Both the position numbers and the translations under genes were made by a program. Of a stretch of 64,000 nt of DNA, positions 47,622 to 56,500 are shown one piece after another; position 1 is the stretch's first letter, and each line of letters begins with the position of its first letter. The stretch is taken from contig JAXHUE010000002.1 in assembly GCA_034189655.1 (NCBI GenBank), positions 32,207-96,206 on the forward strand, read 5' to 3'. Source of the DNA: Chloroflexota bacterium (lineage in GTDB: Bacteria; Chloroflexota; Dehalococcoidia; E44-bin15). Under the pieces are notes generated by a model. The model made no database searches, was not told the origin of the DNA, and worked only from the letters and a program-made list of their open reading frames with translations.

Positions 47622-50600
47622 ATGAGGTACTATCTTGGCATTGACGTCGGCTCGGTCGGCGCCAAGCTGGCCCTGGTCGACGAGGGATACTCCATAGTGA
47701 GGCTCGACGGCGAGAGGATAACCTCCAGCCCCACCGCTGCCGTCGCCTCGCTTATCTCCAGGCTGGGCCGCGATGTCGACCTCGGTGCAGTCGAGGCCGC
47801 CGGCTGCTCCGGCTCCGGGAGGGGAGTGATACCCGCGGACATGGGCTGGGCGGGGTACAGCAGCTCGCTCGCCGTCGCCTCCGGCCTCCTCCACCTCCAT
47901 CCCCAGGCCAGGACCGTCATCCAGATAGGCGGGCAGAGCTCCCTGGTGATAACGCTGGAGGACGGGCTCAAGAAGCCGTGGAAGGTGGCCTCGAACCCCC
48001 TCTGTGCCGCCGGCACCGGCAGGTTCCTGGAGCAGCAGGCCTATCGCCTGGACATCAGCATGGAGGACTTCTCCCGCCTGGCACAGGAGTACAAGGGCCA
48101 GGCGCCGCGGATAGCGGCCCGCTGCAGCGTGTTCGCCAAGACCGACCTCATCCATCTCCAGCAGAAGGGTGTGCCACTGGGGGCCATGCTCTGTGGCCTG
48201 TGCGACAGCATCGCCCGCGGCGTGGCCTCCTTGACCAGGGGCCCCCTGGAGGAGCCGATATATTTCGTAGGTGGGGTCGCCGCCAACGGCGCCATCGTGC
48301 AGGCCCTGGAGGAGGTGCTCTCGGCGAGGGGCGGCCACCGGGTGCAGGTGACCGTTCCCCGGGACTGCCGCCACGTAGAGGCCCTGGGCGCCGCCCTGCT
48401 GGCGCGGGGCTCGGGGAGGCGCTCCACCGTGGCCGCACTGCCCAGGTTGAGCGCCGGGCAGCGCTACTGGGAGCTGCCCCCGCTTGAGAGGCAGGACGGC
48501 CGGGAGGAGTGGCACCGGCCCGATCTATCGCCGCCGTTGGAGGGGTACCTGGGCGTCGATGTCGGCTCCACCAGCACTAAGGCCGTGGTCCTGGACCGCT
48601 CTGGGGGCGAGGTGCTGGCCAAGTGCTACCTCATGACGCAGGGGCGGCCCGTCGATGTCGTCAAGGAGGTGTGCCGCAACCTGCTCCGCGATGTGGGTGA
48701 GGGGGCACACATACTGGGGGTGGGCGTCACCGGCTCGGGCAGGTACCTGGTGGGCAGCTTCATCGGCGCCGACGTCATCAGGAACGAGATCACGGCACAG
48801 ACCAGGGCCGCCGCAGAGATCGACCCCGATGCCGATATCATCGAGATCGGCGGCCAGGACTCCAAGCTGGTCATCAAGAGGAACGGCGTCGTCGTCGACT
48901 ACCAGATGAACAAGGCGTGTGCCGCCGGCACCGGCAGCTTCATCGACGAGCTCGCCGAGCAGCTCGGCGTGTCGGTGAAGAACGGCGACTTCGCCCGGCT
49001 GGCCTTCGATGCCCCCTACACCATAGACCTGGGGTCGCGGTGCGCCGCCTTCATGGGACAGGCCGTGGCCGCGGCGCGGCAGGAGGGGGTCTCTATAGAG
49101 GTGATAGCGGCCAGCCTGGCCAACTCCATCGCCTCGAACTACCTCTCCAAGGTGGTGGGGATGAGGAGGCTGGGGGAGAGGGTGATACTCACCGGGGCGG
49201 TGTTCTATAACGACGCCGTGGTTTCCGCATTCACCCACGCGCTCGAGGGCAGGGAGACCGTCGTGCCCCGGCACAAGGAGGTGAGCGGTGCCATCGGTGC
49301 CGCCCTCCTCGCCAGGGAGGAGATGGTGGGGGGCGGCTCCCGGTTCAAGGGGTTCCGCGAGATAGTCGAGAGCGACTATACGCTGAAGACGTTTACCTGC
49401 AAGCGGTGCGAGAACAACTGCACCATAAGCCGGATGCAGATGCCCAACGAGCCGGCGACATACTACGGGAGCAGGTGCGACCGCTACGACGCCCGCTTCG
49501 ACCAGAAGAAGGTGGAGACCGCCTTTGACGAGCGGGAGAGGCTGCTCTTCGCCGGCGTGAGGGAGGCGACGGGCACCGGGCCCACCGTGGGCATCCCCAG
49601 GGCGCTCATCATATATGACTACGCCCCGCTCCTCATCGGCTTCTTGAGCGAGCTGGGGGCCAGGCCCGTCCTCTCGGGGCGGACCAACAAGCAGGTCATG
49701 GAGCAGGCCGTCGAGCTCAGCTACCCCGATAGCTGCTTCCCCGTGAAGCTGCTGCACGGGCACGTGGCCACCCTCGAAGAGGTCGACTACATCATGCACC
49801 CCTGCGCCATCAGGCTGGGCAGGAAGGAGGGGGATGAGAACCAGAAGTACTCCTGCCCGCTGGTGCAGGCGGCCCCCTTCATCGTGCGCCAGGCATTTGA
49901 CCTGGGGAAGAGGCTGCTGGTGCCTATCATCGACCTGAGCCGCGGCGACGACGATACCATAGAGAGCCTGGCCGACTGTGCCGTCGAGATGGGGTACCGC
50001 CGCCGAGAGGGCCGCCGGGCGGCCATCGCCGCCATGAGGCGACAGCGGGAGTTCGAGGCCAGCCTGGAAGAGCGGGGCAAGGCCCTCCTGGAGGAGCTCC
50101 ACCGCGGCGACAGGCTGGGCGTGGTGTTCCTGGCCCGCTCCTACATGTCGCAGGACTCAGGGGCCAACCTGGGCATCGCCGAGAAGCTGGCCCAGCTCGG
50201 CGTGGTGCCGATACCGCTCGACTTCCTCCCCCTGGCCCAGGTGGATGTCGGCGAGTACTCCGACCGCCCCTACTGGTACTACGAGGGCAAACACATCGCC
50301 GGTGCCGCCCTGGTCGCCCAGGACCCCCAGCTCTACGGGCTGGTGCTCACCAACTTCGGCTGCGGCCCCAACTCCTTCGTGCTCAACATCGTCGAGGACA
50401 TCATGGGGGGCAAGCCCCTGGGCCAGCTCGAGATAGACGAGGACGCCGCGGAGGCCGGCATCGTCACCCGCCTCGAGGCCTTCGTCGATACCATAAAGGG
50501 ATTTGCCTCCTCGGGCAGGTCGGAGCACGTCAGGGCGTGGGACCAGGGTGCCTATCGCTCGGCGCCCACGCTGGTGAACGCGAAGAAGCTGCTCTTGATA

Positions 50601-51770
50601 CCGCGGATGGCCCCCCACGCCGAGGTGCTGGGCGCGGCCATGGAGGCGTTCGGGGTGAGGGCCATGGTCATGCCCGAGTCCAGCGAGCAGTCCCTGCTCT
50701 ACAGCAACAAGGTCACCTCGGGGAGGGAGTGCCTGCCCTACCGCGTCACCCTGGGCGACTTCATCAGGTTCTTCAACGAGAATGGCGCAGACGGCATAGA
50801 CAGGGATGAGGTCGAGGGCTTCATGGCCAGCGCCTTCGGGCCGTGCCGCTTCGGCAAGTACGCCGTGGAGCAGAGGAGGGCCCTCGCCGAGATGGGGTAC
50901 AGCCTGCCCATGCGCACCACGGTATCCAACAATGCCTATCGGGACCTGGGCCTGGGCCCCGCCTTCGAGCGGCTGGCGTGGCGGGGGATCGTCGCCGTAG
51001 ACTACCTGGAGCGGCTCCTGTGGGGCACACGCCCCTACGAGCGGGTGCCGGGCCGTGCCGACGAGCTCTTCGGCGGCTACATGGCCAGGGTCGTTGGGTG
51101 TGTGCGCCGGCGGGAGGACATGGGCCCTGTCCTTAAGGAGGCCGCCAGGGAGTTCTGCGCGCTCAAGGACCCTGCGCTGCCCAGGAGGCCGCTGGTGGGA
51201 ATAAACGGCGAGATATTCCTGCGCGCCAACAAGTTCAGCAATAACGACCTGGTGGGGGAGTGCGAGCGTGCCGGCCTGGAGGTGGTGGTCTCCTCCATGG
51301 GGGAGTGGCTGCGCTACATCCAGCACCGCAACCTGGAGGACGGCTTACAAGACCACAAGGTGAAGAAGGTGGTCACAAGCTACATCAGGAACCTGATACT
51401 GGAGCGCGACGAGCGCTCTGTAGCCGTACACGTCGCGGGCTCCGTGGACGGCGAGGAGCCGTCCATCCACGAGATACTGTCACAGTGCAGCCGCTACCTC
51501 TCCCCGCGGTGCGGCAGCGAGGCAGTGCTCAGCATAGGGGTCGGCGTCGAGTGGATGGAGAGAGCGGACTTCGCCGGCGTCATATCGGTGATGCCGCACG
51601 GGTGCATGCCTGGCGGCATCGTAGCCGCCATGTCCGAGCGCCTGAGCGCCGCCTACCGCAAGCCGTGGATCACCCTCACCTACGACGGGTTCATGGAGAG
51701 CACCAACCCGGAGAGGGTCCACAACTTCGCTGAGGTGATACGGTTCTGCAGGGACGGGGCCTCTCTCTAG
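47622..51770 (+). CDS. Giant fused protein: two BadF/BadG/BcrA/BcrD (HgdC-like activase) ATPase domains plus C-terminal DUF2229/dehydratase-component-like domain
   Basis: About 1382 aa. Domain 1 YYLGIDVGSVGAKLALV...CAAGTGRF. Domain 2 YLGVDVGSTSTKAVVLD...CAAGTGSF (actin-fold ATPase motifs, duplicated). Cys cluster CKRCENNC...C, then an approximately 780-aa Cys-containing C-terminal region. Promoter TTGACG-17-TAAGAT at about 47538. Confidence 0.85.
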   Translation: MRYYLGIDVGSVGAKLALVDEGYSIVRLDGERITSSPTAAVASLISRLGRDVDLGAVEAAGCSGSGRGVIPADMGWAGYSSSLAVASGLLHLHPQARTVIQIGGQSSLVITLEDGLKKPWKVASNPLCAAGTGRFLEQQAYRLDISMEDFSRLAQEYKGQAPRIAARCSVFAKTDLIHLQQKGVPLGAMLCGLCDSIARGVASLTRGPLEEPIYFVGGVAANGAIVQALEEVLSARGGHRVQVTVPRDCRHVEALGAALLARGSGRRSTVAALPRLSAGQRYWELPPLERQDGREEWHRPDLSPPLEGYLGVDVGSTSTKAVVLDRSGGEVLAKCYLMTQGRPVDVVKEVCRNLLRDVGEGAHILGVGVTGSGRYLVGSFIGADVIRNEITAQTRAAAEIDPDADIIEIGGQDSKLVIKRNGVVVDYQMNKACAAGTGSFIDELAEQLGVSVKNGDFARLAFDAPYTIDLGSRCAAFMGQAVAAARQEGVSIEVIAASLANSIASNYLSKVVGMRRLGERVILTGAVFYNDAVVSAFTHALEGRETVVPRHKEVSGAIGAALLAREEMVGGGSRFKGFREIVESDYTLKTFTCKRCENNCTISRMQMPNEPATYYGSRCDRYDARFDQKKVETAFDERERLLFAGVREATGTGPTVGIPRALIIYDYAPLLIGFLSELGARPVLSGRTNKQVMEQAVELSYPDSCFPVKLLHGHVATLEEVDYIMHPCAIRLGRKEGDENQKYSCPLVQAAPFIVRQAFDLGKRLLVPIIDLSRGDDDTIESLADCAVEMGYRRREGRRAAIAAMRRQREFEASLEERGKALLEELHRGDRLGVVFLARSYMSQDSGANLGIAEKLAQLGVVPIPLDFLPLAQVDVGEYSDRPYWYYEGKHIAGAALVAQDPQLYGLVLTNFGCGPNSFVLNIVEDIMGGKPLGQLEIDEDAAEAGIVTRLEAFVDTIKGFASSGRSEHVRAWDQGAYRSAPTLVNAKKLLLIPRMAPHAEVLGAAMEAFGVRAMVMPESSEQSLLYSNKVTSGRECLPYRVTLGDFIRFFNENGADGIDRDEVEGFMASAFGPCRFGKYAVEQRRALAEMGYSLPMRTTVSNNAYRDLGLGPAFERLAWRGIVAVDYLERLLWGTRPYERVPGRADELFGGYMARVVGCVRRREDMGPVLKEAAREFCALKDPALPRRPLVGINGEIFLRANKFSNNDLVGECERAGLEVVVSSMGEWLRYIQHRNLEDGLQDHKVKKVVTSYIRNLILERDERSVAVHVAGSVDGEEPSIHEILSQCSRYLSPRCGSEAVLSIGVGVEWMERADFAGVISVMPHGCMPGGIVAAMSERLSAAYRKPWITLTYDGFMESTNPERVHNFAEVIRFCRDGASL

Positions 51771-51780
51771 CGCCGCGCGC

Positions 51781-53220
51781 CTACGTGTCCACGCGAACGC
51801 AGTTCCGGCCCTCCTCCTTGGCCCGGTAGAGGGCCTCGTCGGCGGTCTTGATGAGCTCGGTCTCGTTTCCGGTGTCCTCTCTGAGCGTGGACACGCCCAG
51901 GCTCACGGTGACCTGTACGGTGTTGCCTTCGCAGGGGAACGGGTGGCCCTCCACGATCTCGCGCAGCCTCTCGGCGATGTTGACTGCCTCGTCTGAGTCG
52001 GTGCCGGGCAGGAGTATGGCGAACTCCTCGCCGCCGTACCTGGCCACCGTGTCCTCTCTGCGCACGTAGTCCATCAGGACCTTCGACAGCTCCGCGAGCA
52101 CGGCATCTCCTTGAAGGTGACCGTAGGTATCGTTTATCCTCTTGAAGCGGTCGATGTCCACCATGATGCAGGAGAGGGGGCTGCTGTGTCGCCGGGCCCG
52201 CGAGAACTCTTCCTCGATGCGGGCATAGAAGTAGCGGTGGTTGAAGGCCCCGGTGAGCCCGTCGGTGATGGCCGACCTCCGTTCCAGTGCGTAGAGACGG
52301 GCATTGTCCAGGATGGAAGGAGTCCTGCTGACGAAGATCTCAAGCGTACCCTGGTCGTCGCTGCCCAGGGGGCTGCCACCGCCCTTGTCGATGGCGATGA
52401 TGCCGAGCATCCTGCCCTTGGTCTCCAGGGGCACTATCTCCAGGTGGCCATGCTCACCGCCCTGGACATCGGGGTGGAAGGTCTCGTCGAGCCCGATGAC
52501 CCTCACCGACAGGTTATCGGTGTCGACATCGATGTTGCGCCGGCGCAGCTCCTGGAGCAGGCTGGAGACGAAGGCAGAGGCCGCCACCTTTTCGGTGGAG
52601 CCGTGGAGCGTCAGGGTATCGGTGTGGATGACGAGGAGGCCTGCCATCTCGAAATCGAGGACGCGGCCCATGAGGCTGAGTATGGCCTCGGCGAGGGCGT
52701 TGTCGTCCTCGATACGTGCCACCTCGTCGAGGTCGTTGCGTATCGTCGCCTCCTTCAGCTTCTTGTCGAGGAGGGCACTCACCTTGGTCACCACCGCGGT
52801 GTCGTCGCCCCCGGCCTTCACGTCGACGTAGCGGGACTGCGGTGTTCCCGCGTTTCTGTCCAGGAGGGCCCTTATCTTGTCCATCAGCTCGCGGTGGTCG
52901 AAGGGCTTGGTGAGGTAATCGTCGGCGCCGGTCTTGGCCCCCCAGTACTGGTCGCCCTTGCCGGCGAGCGCGGTGAGCATAAGTATCGGTATGTGGGCCG
53001 TGCGCTCGTCGTTCTTTATCAGCCGGCATGCCTGGTAGCCGTCGAGGCCGGGCATTATCACATCCATGATGATGAGGTCTGGCACATGGTCAAAGGTCTG
53101 GTGTACTGCCTGGATGCCGTCGAAGGCGGTGATGACGTCGTAGCCGCTGGCCTCCAGCCTGCGCTGGATCAGCCTCACGTTCACCTCGCTGTCGTCGACG
53201 ACCAGTATCTTATCTGGCAT
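51781..53220 (-). CDS. Response regulator: REC domain, middle (GAF-like) domain and GGDEF diguanylate cyclase domain
   Basis: ILVVDDSEVN...DVIMPGLDG phospho-acceptor region, RYGGEEF active-site motif. 479 aa. Confidence 0.9.
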   Translation of the reverse strand: MPDKILVVDDSEVNVRLIQRRLEASGYDVITAFDGIQAVHQTFDHVPDLIIMDVIMPGLDGYQACRLIKNDERTAHIPILMLTALAGKGDQYWGAKTGADDYLTKPFDHRELMDKIRALLDRNAGTPQSRYVDVKAGGDDTAVVTKVSALLDKKLKEATIRNDLDEVARIEDDNALAEAILSLMGRVLDFEMAGLLVIHTDTLTLHGSTEKVAASAFVSSLLQELRRRNIDVDTDNLSVRVIGLDETFHPDVQGGEHGHLEIVPLETKGRMLGIIAIDKGGGSPLGSDDQGTLEIFVSRTPSILDNARLYALERRSAITDGLTGAFNHRYFYARIEEEFSRARRHSSPLSCIMVDIDRFKRINDTYGHLQGDAVLAELSKVLMDYVRREDTVARYGGEEFAILLPGTDSDEAVNIAERLREIVEGHPFPCEGNTVQVTVSLGVSTLREDTGNETELIKTADEALYRAKEEGRNCVRVDT

Positions 53221-53340
53221 ATGCTCTCCCCCTCGTCACTCTTGACCTGATGGGTCCATTTTACTTGACAGAACGATGACAATATTATACCATGCCGCTG
53301 TAGAATAATAACACAGGCGTCGTAAAAACCCCAAGAGACA

Positions 53341-53430
53341 CGAAAAAGGCAAACCCTGGGAAATCAGGGGACGCAAAGCTGCGAGTCTACGGCGAAAAAG
53401 GTGCTATGACGGTCGGGCTGCCGAAACTAA
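53341..53430 (+). promoter_or_regulatory. Candidate c-di-GMP-I (GEMM) riboswitch aptamer in the 5' leader of the hybrid kinase gene
   Basis: AAGGCAAACC-CUGG-GAAA-UCAG-GGGACGCAAAGCU matches the Vc2 aptamer core GGGCAAACC-AUUC-GAAA-GAGU-GGGACGCAAAGCC with identical spacing (complementary 4-bp stems around a GAAA tetraloop). The 3' half is a CGGCG...UGCCG-closed helix containing CUAUGA (tetraloop-receptor-like). I could not fold P1 by eye. Confidence 0.6.
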
Positions 53431-53437
53431 AACAGGT

Positions 53438-53480
53438 GAGCCCTCTCAGGGTAGTACTGGGGAGGGCTTCTCGCATTTTA
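53438..53480 (+). terminator. Intrinsic terminator-like hairpin (putative riboswitch expression platform) before the kinase start codon
   Basis: GAGCCCUC...GAGGGCUUC 7-bp stem followed by UCGCAUUUUA. 20 nt upstream of the ATG at 53501. Confidence 0.5.
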
Positions 53481-53500
53481 CTGCAGGGGGGTCGGTAATA

Positions 53501-56500
53501 ATGAAGAGAGGGGATGTGAGCAAGCAGGACCAGGGAGTTGAGGGCAGGAAGAGGGAGGCAAAGCGGGAGGAGGAGGTCCCGGAAGAGGGGCTTCTGGAGC
53601 GGGTTGAGAGCAGTGCCGAGGAGCTCGAGCGCTCGGAAGAGCGATACCGGGAACTTGTAGAGAACATAAACGACGGCTATCTGGTGGTGAGGGGGCGAAA
53701 GGTCGTTTTCGCCAACAGGCGGTGCGCCGACCTCCTGGGATACCCGGTGAGGCAGATCGTAGGGAAGAACTTCGCAGACCTCGTAGCCGAGGAGTCGCGT
53801 GAGGGGGCGGCAGAACTCTACAAGAGGAGCATGAGCGGGGAGCGACTGTCAGAGCGCCGTGAGGCCTTATTACGGCGAAAAGACGGTACAAAAGTACCGG
53901 TCGAAATGACCCTAAAGGACATCACCTATGATGGCAGGCCCGCTGTCTCTGCCATGTTCTGTGATATCACGGAGAGAAAGGGAGTGGAGCGTGAGCTGTG
54001 GCGGAGGACGTTTGAGCTCGGCGAGCGAGTCAAGGAGCTGAACTGCCTCTACAGCCTCTCCAATCTGGTGCAGCGGCGGGATATAGCGCTCGCTGAAGTA
54101 TTTCAGGGCGCGGTCGAGCTCGTCCCCCCGACATTGCAGTACCCTGATGTGGCGTGTGCCCGGCTGCTCATCGAGGGCCAGGAGTACAGGACGGGCAACT
54201 TCGTCGATACCGAATGGAGGATAAGCTGCGATGTCACTGTGCATGGCGAAGTCATAGGGAAACTGGACGTCTGTTACGCAGAAGAGGTACAGAAGAGCTA
54301 CGGGGGCGTATTCCTTCCAGAGGAGAGGGCACTGCTCCATGCCGTCTGCGGGCGGCTGGGTGAGACCATAGAGAGACGGCGGGCGGAGGGGGAGATTAGG
54401 GCCTCGAAGGAGAAGTACCGCCACCTGCTCGAGGAGATACACGATGGCTACCTGGTGGTACAGGGGGGAAGGGTGGTCTTCGCCAACACGCGCCTGGGGG
54501 AGATACTGGGCTACGGCCCTGAGGCGCTGGGGCGTCCCGTCAATGAGTTCATGCCAGAGTATCTACTGGGCCGGGCGACCGAGCTACGGGAGAGGGTGGT
54601 AAGCGGCGAGGACATATCAGAGCCCATGGAGACCACGGTGCTCACCAAGGACGGCGCCGAGCTGCCCATAGAGGTCAGTATTAAGACGACAGAGTACGAG
54701 GGGAAGCTGGCCATCGCTGTGCTGGTGAGGGACATCTCCGAGCGCAGGCGCGCCGAGGAGATGCGCAGGCGCGAGGAGGAGAAGTACCGCTACCTGTACG
54801 AGTATCAGCCTGCGGTGAACTTCATTATTGGCAATGATGGGACACTGGTGGACATCAATCAGGCGGGCCTGTCCACGTTTGGCTATACGAAGGATGAGCT
54901 CGTGGGCAGGGGTGTCCTCGACCATGTCGTCCCCGAGGAAAGGGAGCGCGTGGCACAGCAGATGGCCAGGGCATTCCAGGGTGAACACACGCCGGGGCTG
55001 GACGTGGATATCTACGCCAGTGACGGCTCGGTCCACACCATGTGGTTCTCACCGGGCCACGTGATCCCGGCGGATGGGGCGCAGCAGGCCATCATGCTCG
55101 CCACCGGTGTCGACGTCACCGAGCGTAAAATGGCGGAGGAGGAGCGCAGGCGCGCGGAGGAGAGGTACCGCCAGCTCCTGGAGGACATAGACGACGGCTA
55201 CTTCGTGGTCCAGGACGGAAAGATAGTCTTTGCCAACACCAGGTGCACCGAGATCCTGGGCTACGGGCCGGAGGCCATTGGGGAGTCTGTGGCCACCTTC
55301 GTGCCGCCGGGACAGGAGCATCACATAGCCGCCTTCGGGGAGGCCTTCTCCGGAGAGGGTGAGGTGGCGCTGCACGACGAGATGTCGGTGCTCACCAAGG
55401 ATGGCAGCGAGGTCCCGGTGGAGATACACGCCAGGAGGGCGCTGTACATGGGTCGGCCCGCCCTCACCGTCGTCATCAGGGACATCTCGGAGCGCGCGCG
55501 CGCGGAGCGGGAGCTCAAGGCATCGGAGCAGAGGTACAAGGCGCTCCTGGAGGACATAAACGACGGTTACTTCGTGGTCCAGGACGGCGTGATAGTGTTC
55601 GGCAACGGGCGGCTGGCCGAGATGTTCGGATATTCGCTCGATGAGGTGCTGGGCAGCCGGCTCGTCGACATTGCGCTGGACAGCGCAAAGGATATGGTGG
55701 CGCTCATGATGTTCGCCTTCGAGCAGGGAGGGGCCGTCCCGGAGCGCGTGGAGATTACCGGGACCGATCCCAGGGGGGGCGGCGATATCACCATAGAGAT
55801 AAGGATGAGCGTCATCGACTACCTGGGACGGCCGGCCATAAACGGCATCATCAGGGACATTACCGACCGCAAGCGCGTTGAGATGGCGCTTCAGGCGGAG
55901 AAGGCCTACTCCCAGTCGCTGGTGCACAGCCTGCCCGATATGCTGCTCACCATAGACCCTGAGGGCAAGATAAGCTATGCCAACGATGTGATGGTGGTCT
56001 TCACTGGCGTAGAGCTGGAGCAGCTCGTGGGGAGGCCCCTGGGGCAGGTACTGCAGGAGATAAATATCCTGGACGCCCGGACGGCCACCCTCGTTACCAG
56101 GCGCATGAAGAAACGGTTGAAGACAGGCCTGCCGGCGCGGGGCGTAGAGCTGGAGATGAGAAATGCCAGGGGTGAGTGGGTGAAAGGCCTGTACTCGACC
56201 TCTGTGATAAAGTCCCCCAGCGGCGAGATCCTGGGGCAGGTGGTGGTCATCAGTGACATCACCGACCGCGTGAAGGCAGAAGAGGAGCTCAAGCGGTCGG
56301 AGGAGAAGTACCGCAGGCTGGTGGAGGACATAAACGACGGCTACTTCGTGCTCCGCGATACCACCATCCTCTTTGCCAACGAGAGGATGGCGGAGATGAT
56401 GGGCTACGGCCTCGATGAGATCGTCGGGGAGGAGTTCCTCAGGTTCCTCGCACCAGAGGCGATAGAAGTGCCCACGCAGGTACACCAGAGGAGCATGGCC

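Noticed and set aside
48525-50102. 525-aa minus-strand ORF
   Set aside because: Antisense to the conserved second ATPase domain of the giant activase-like gene. No domain signals.
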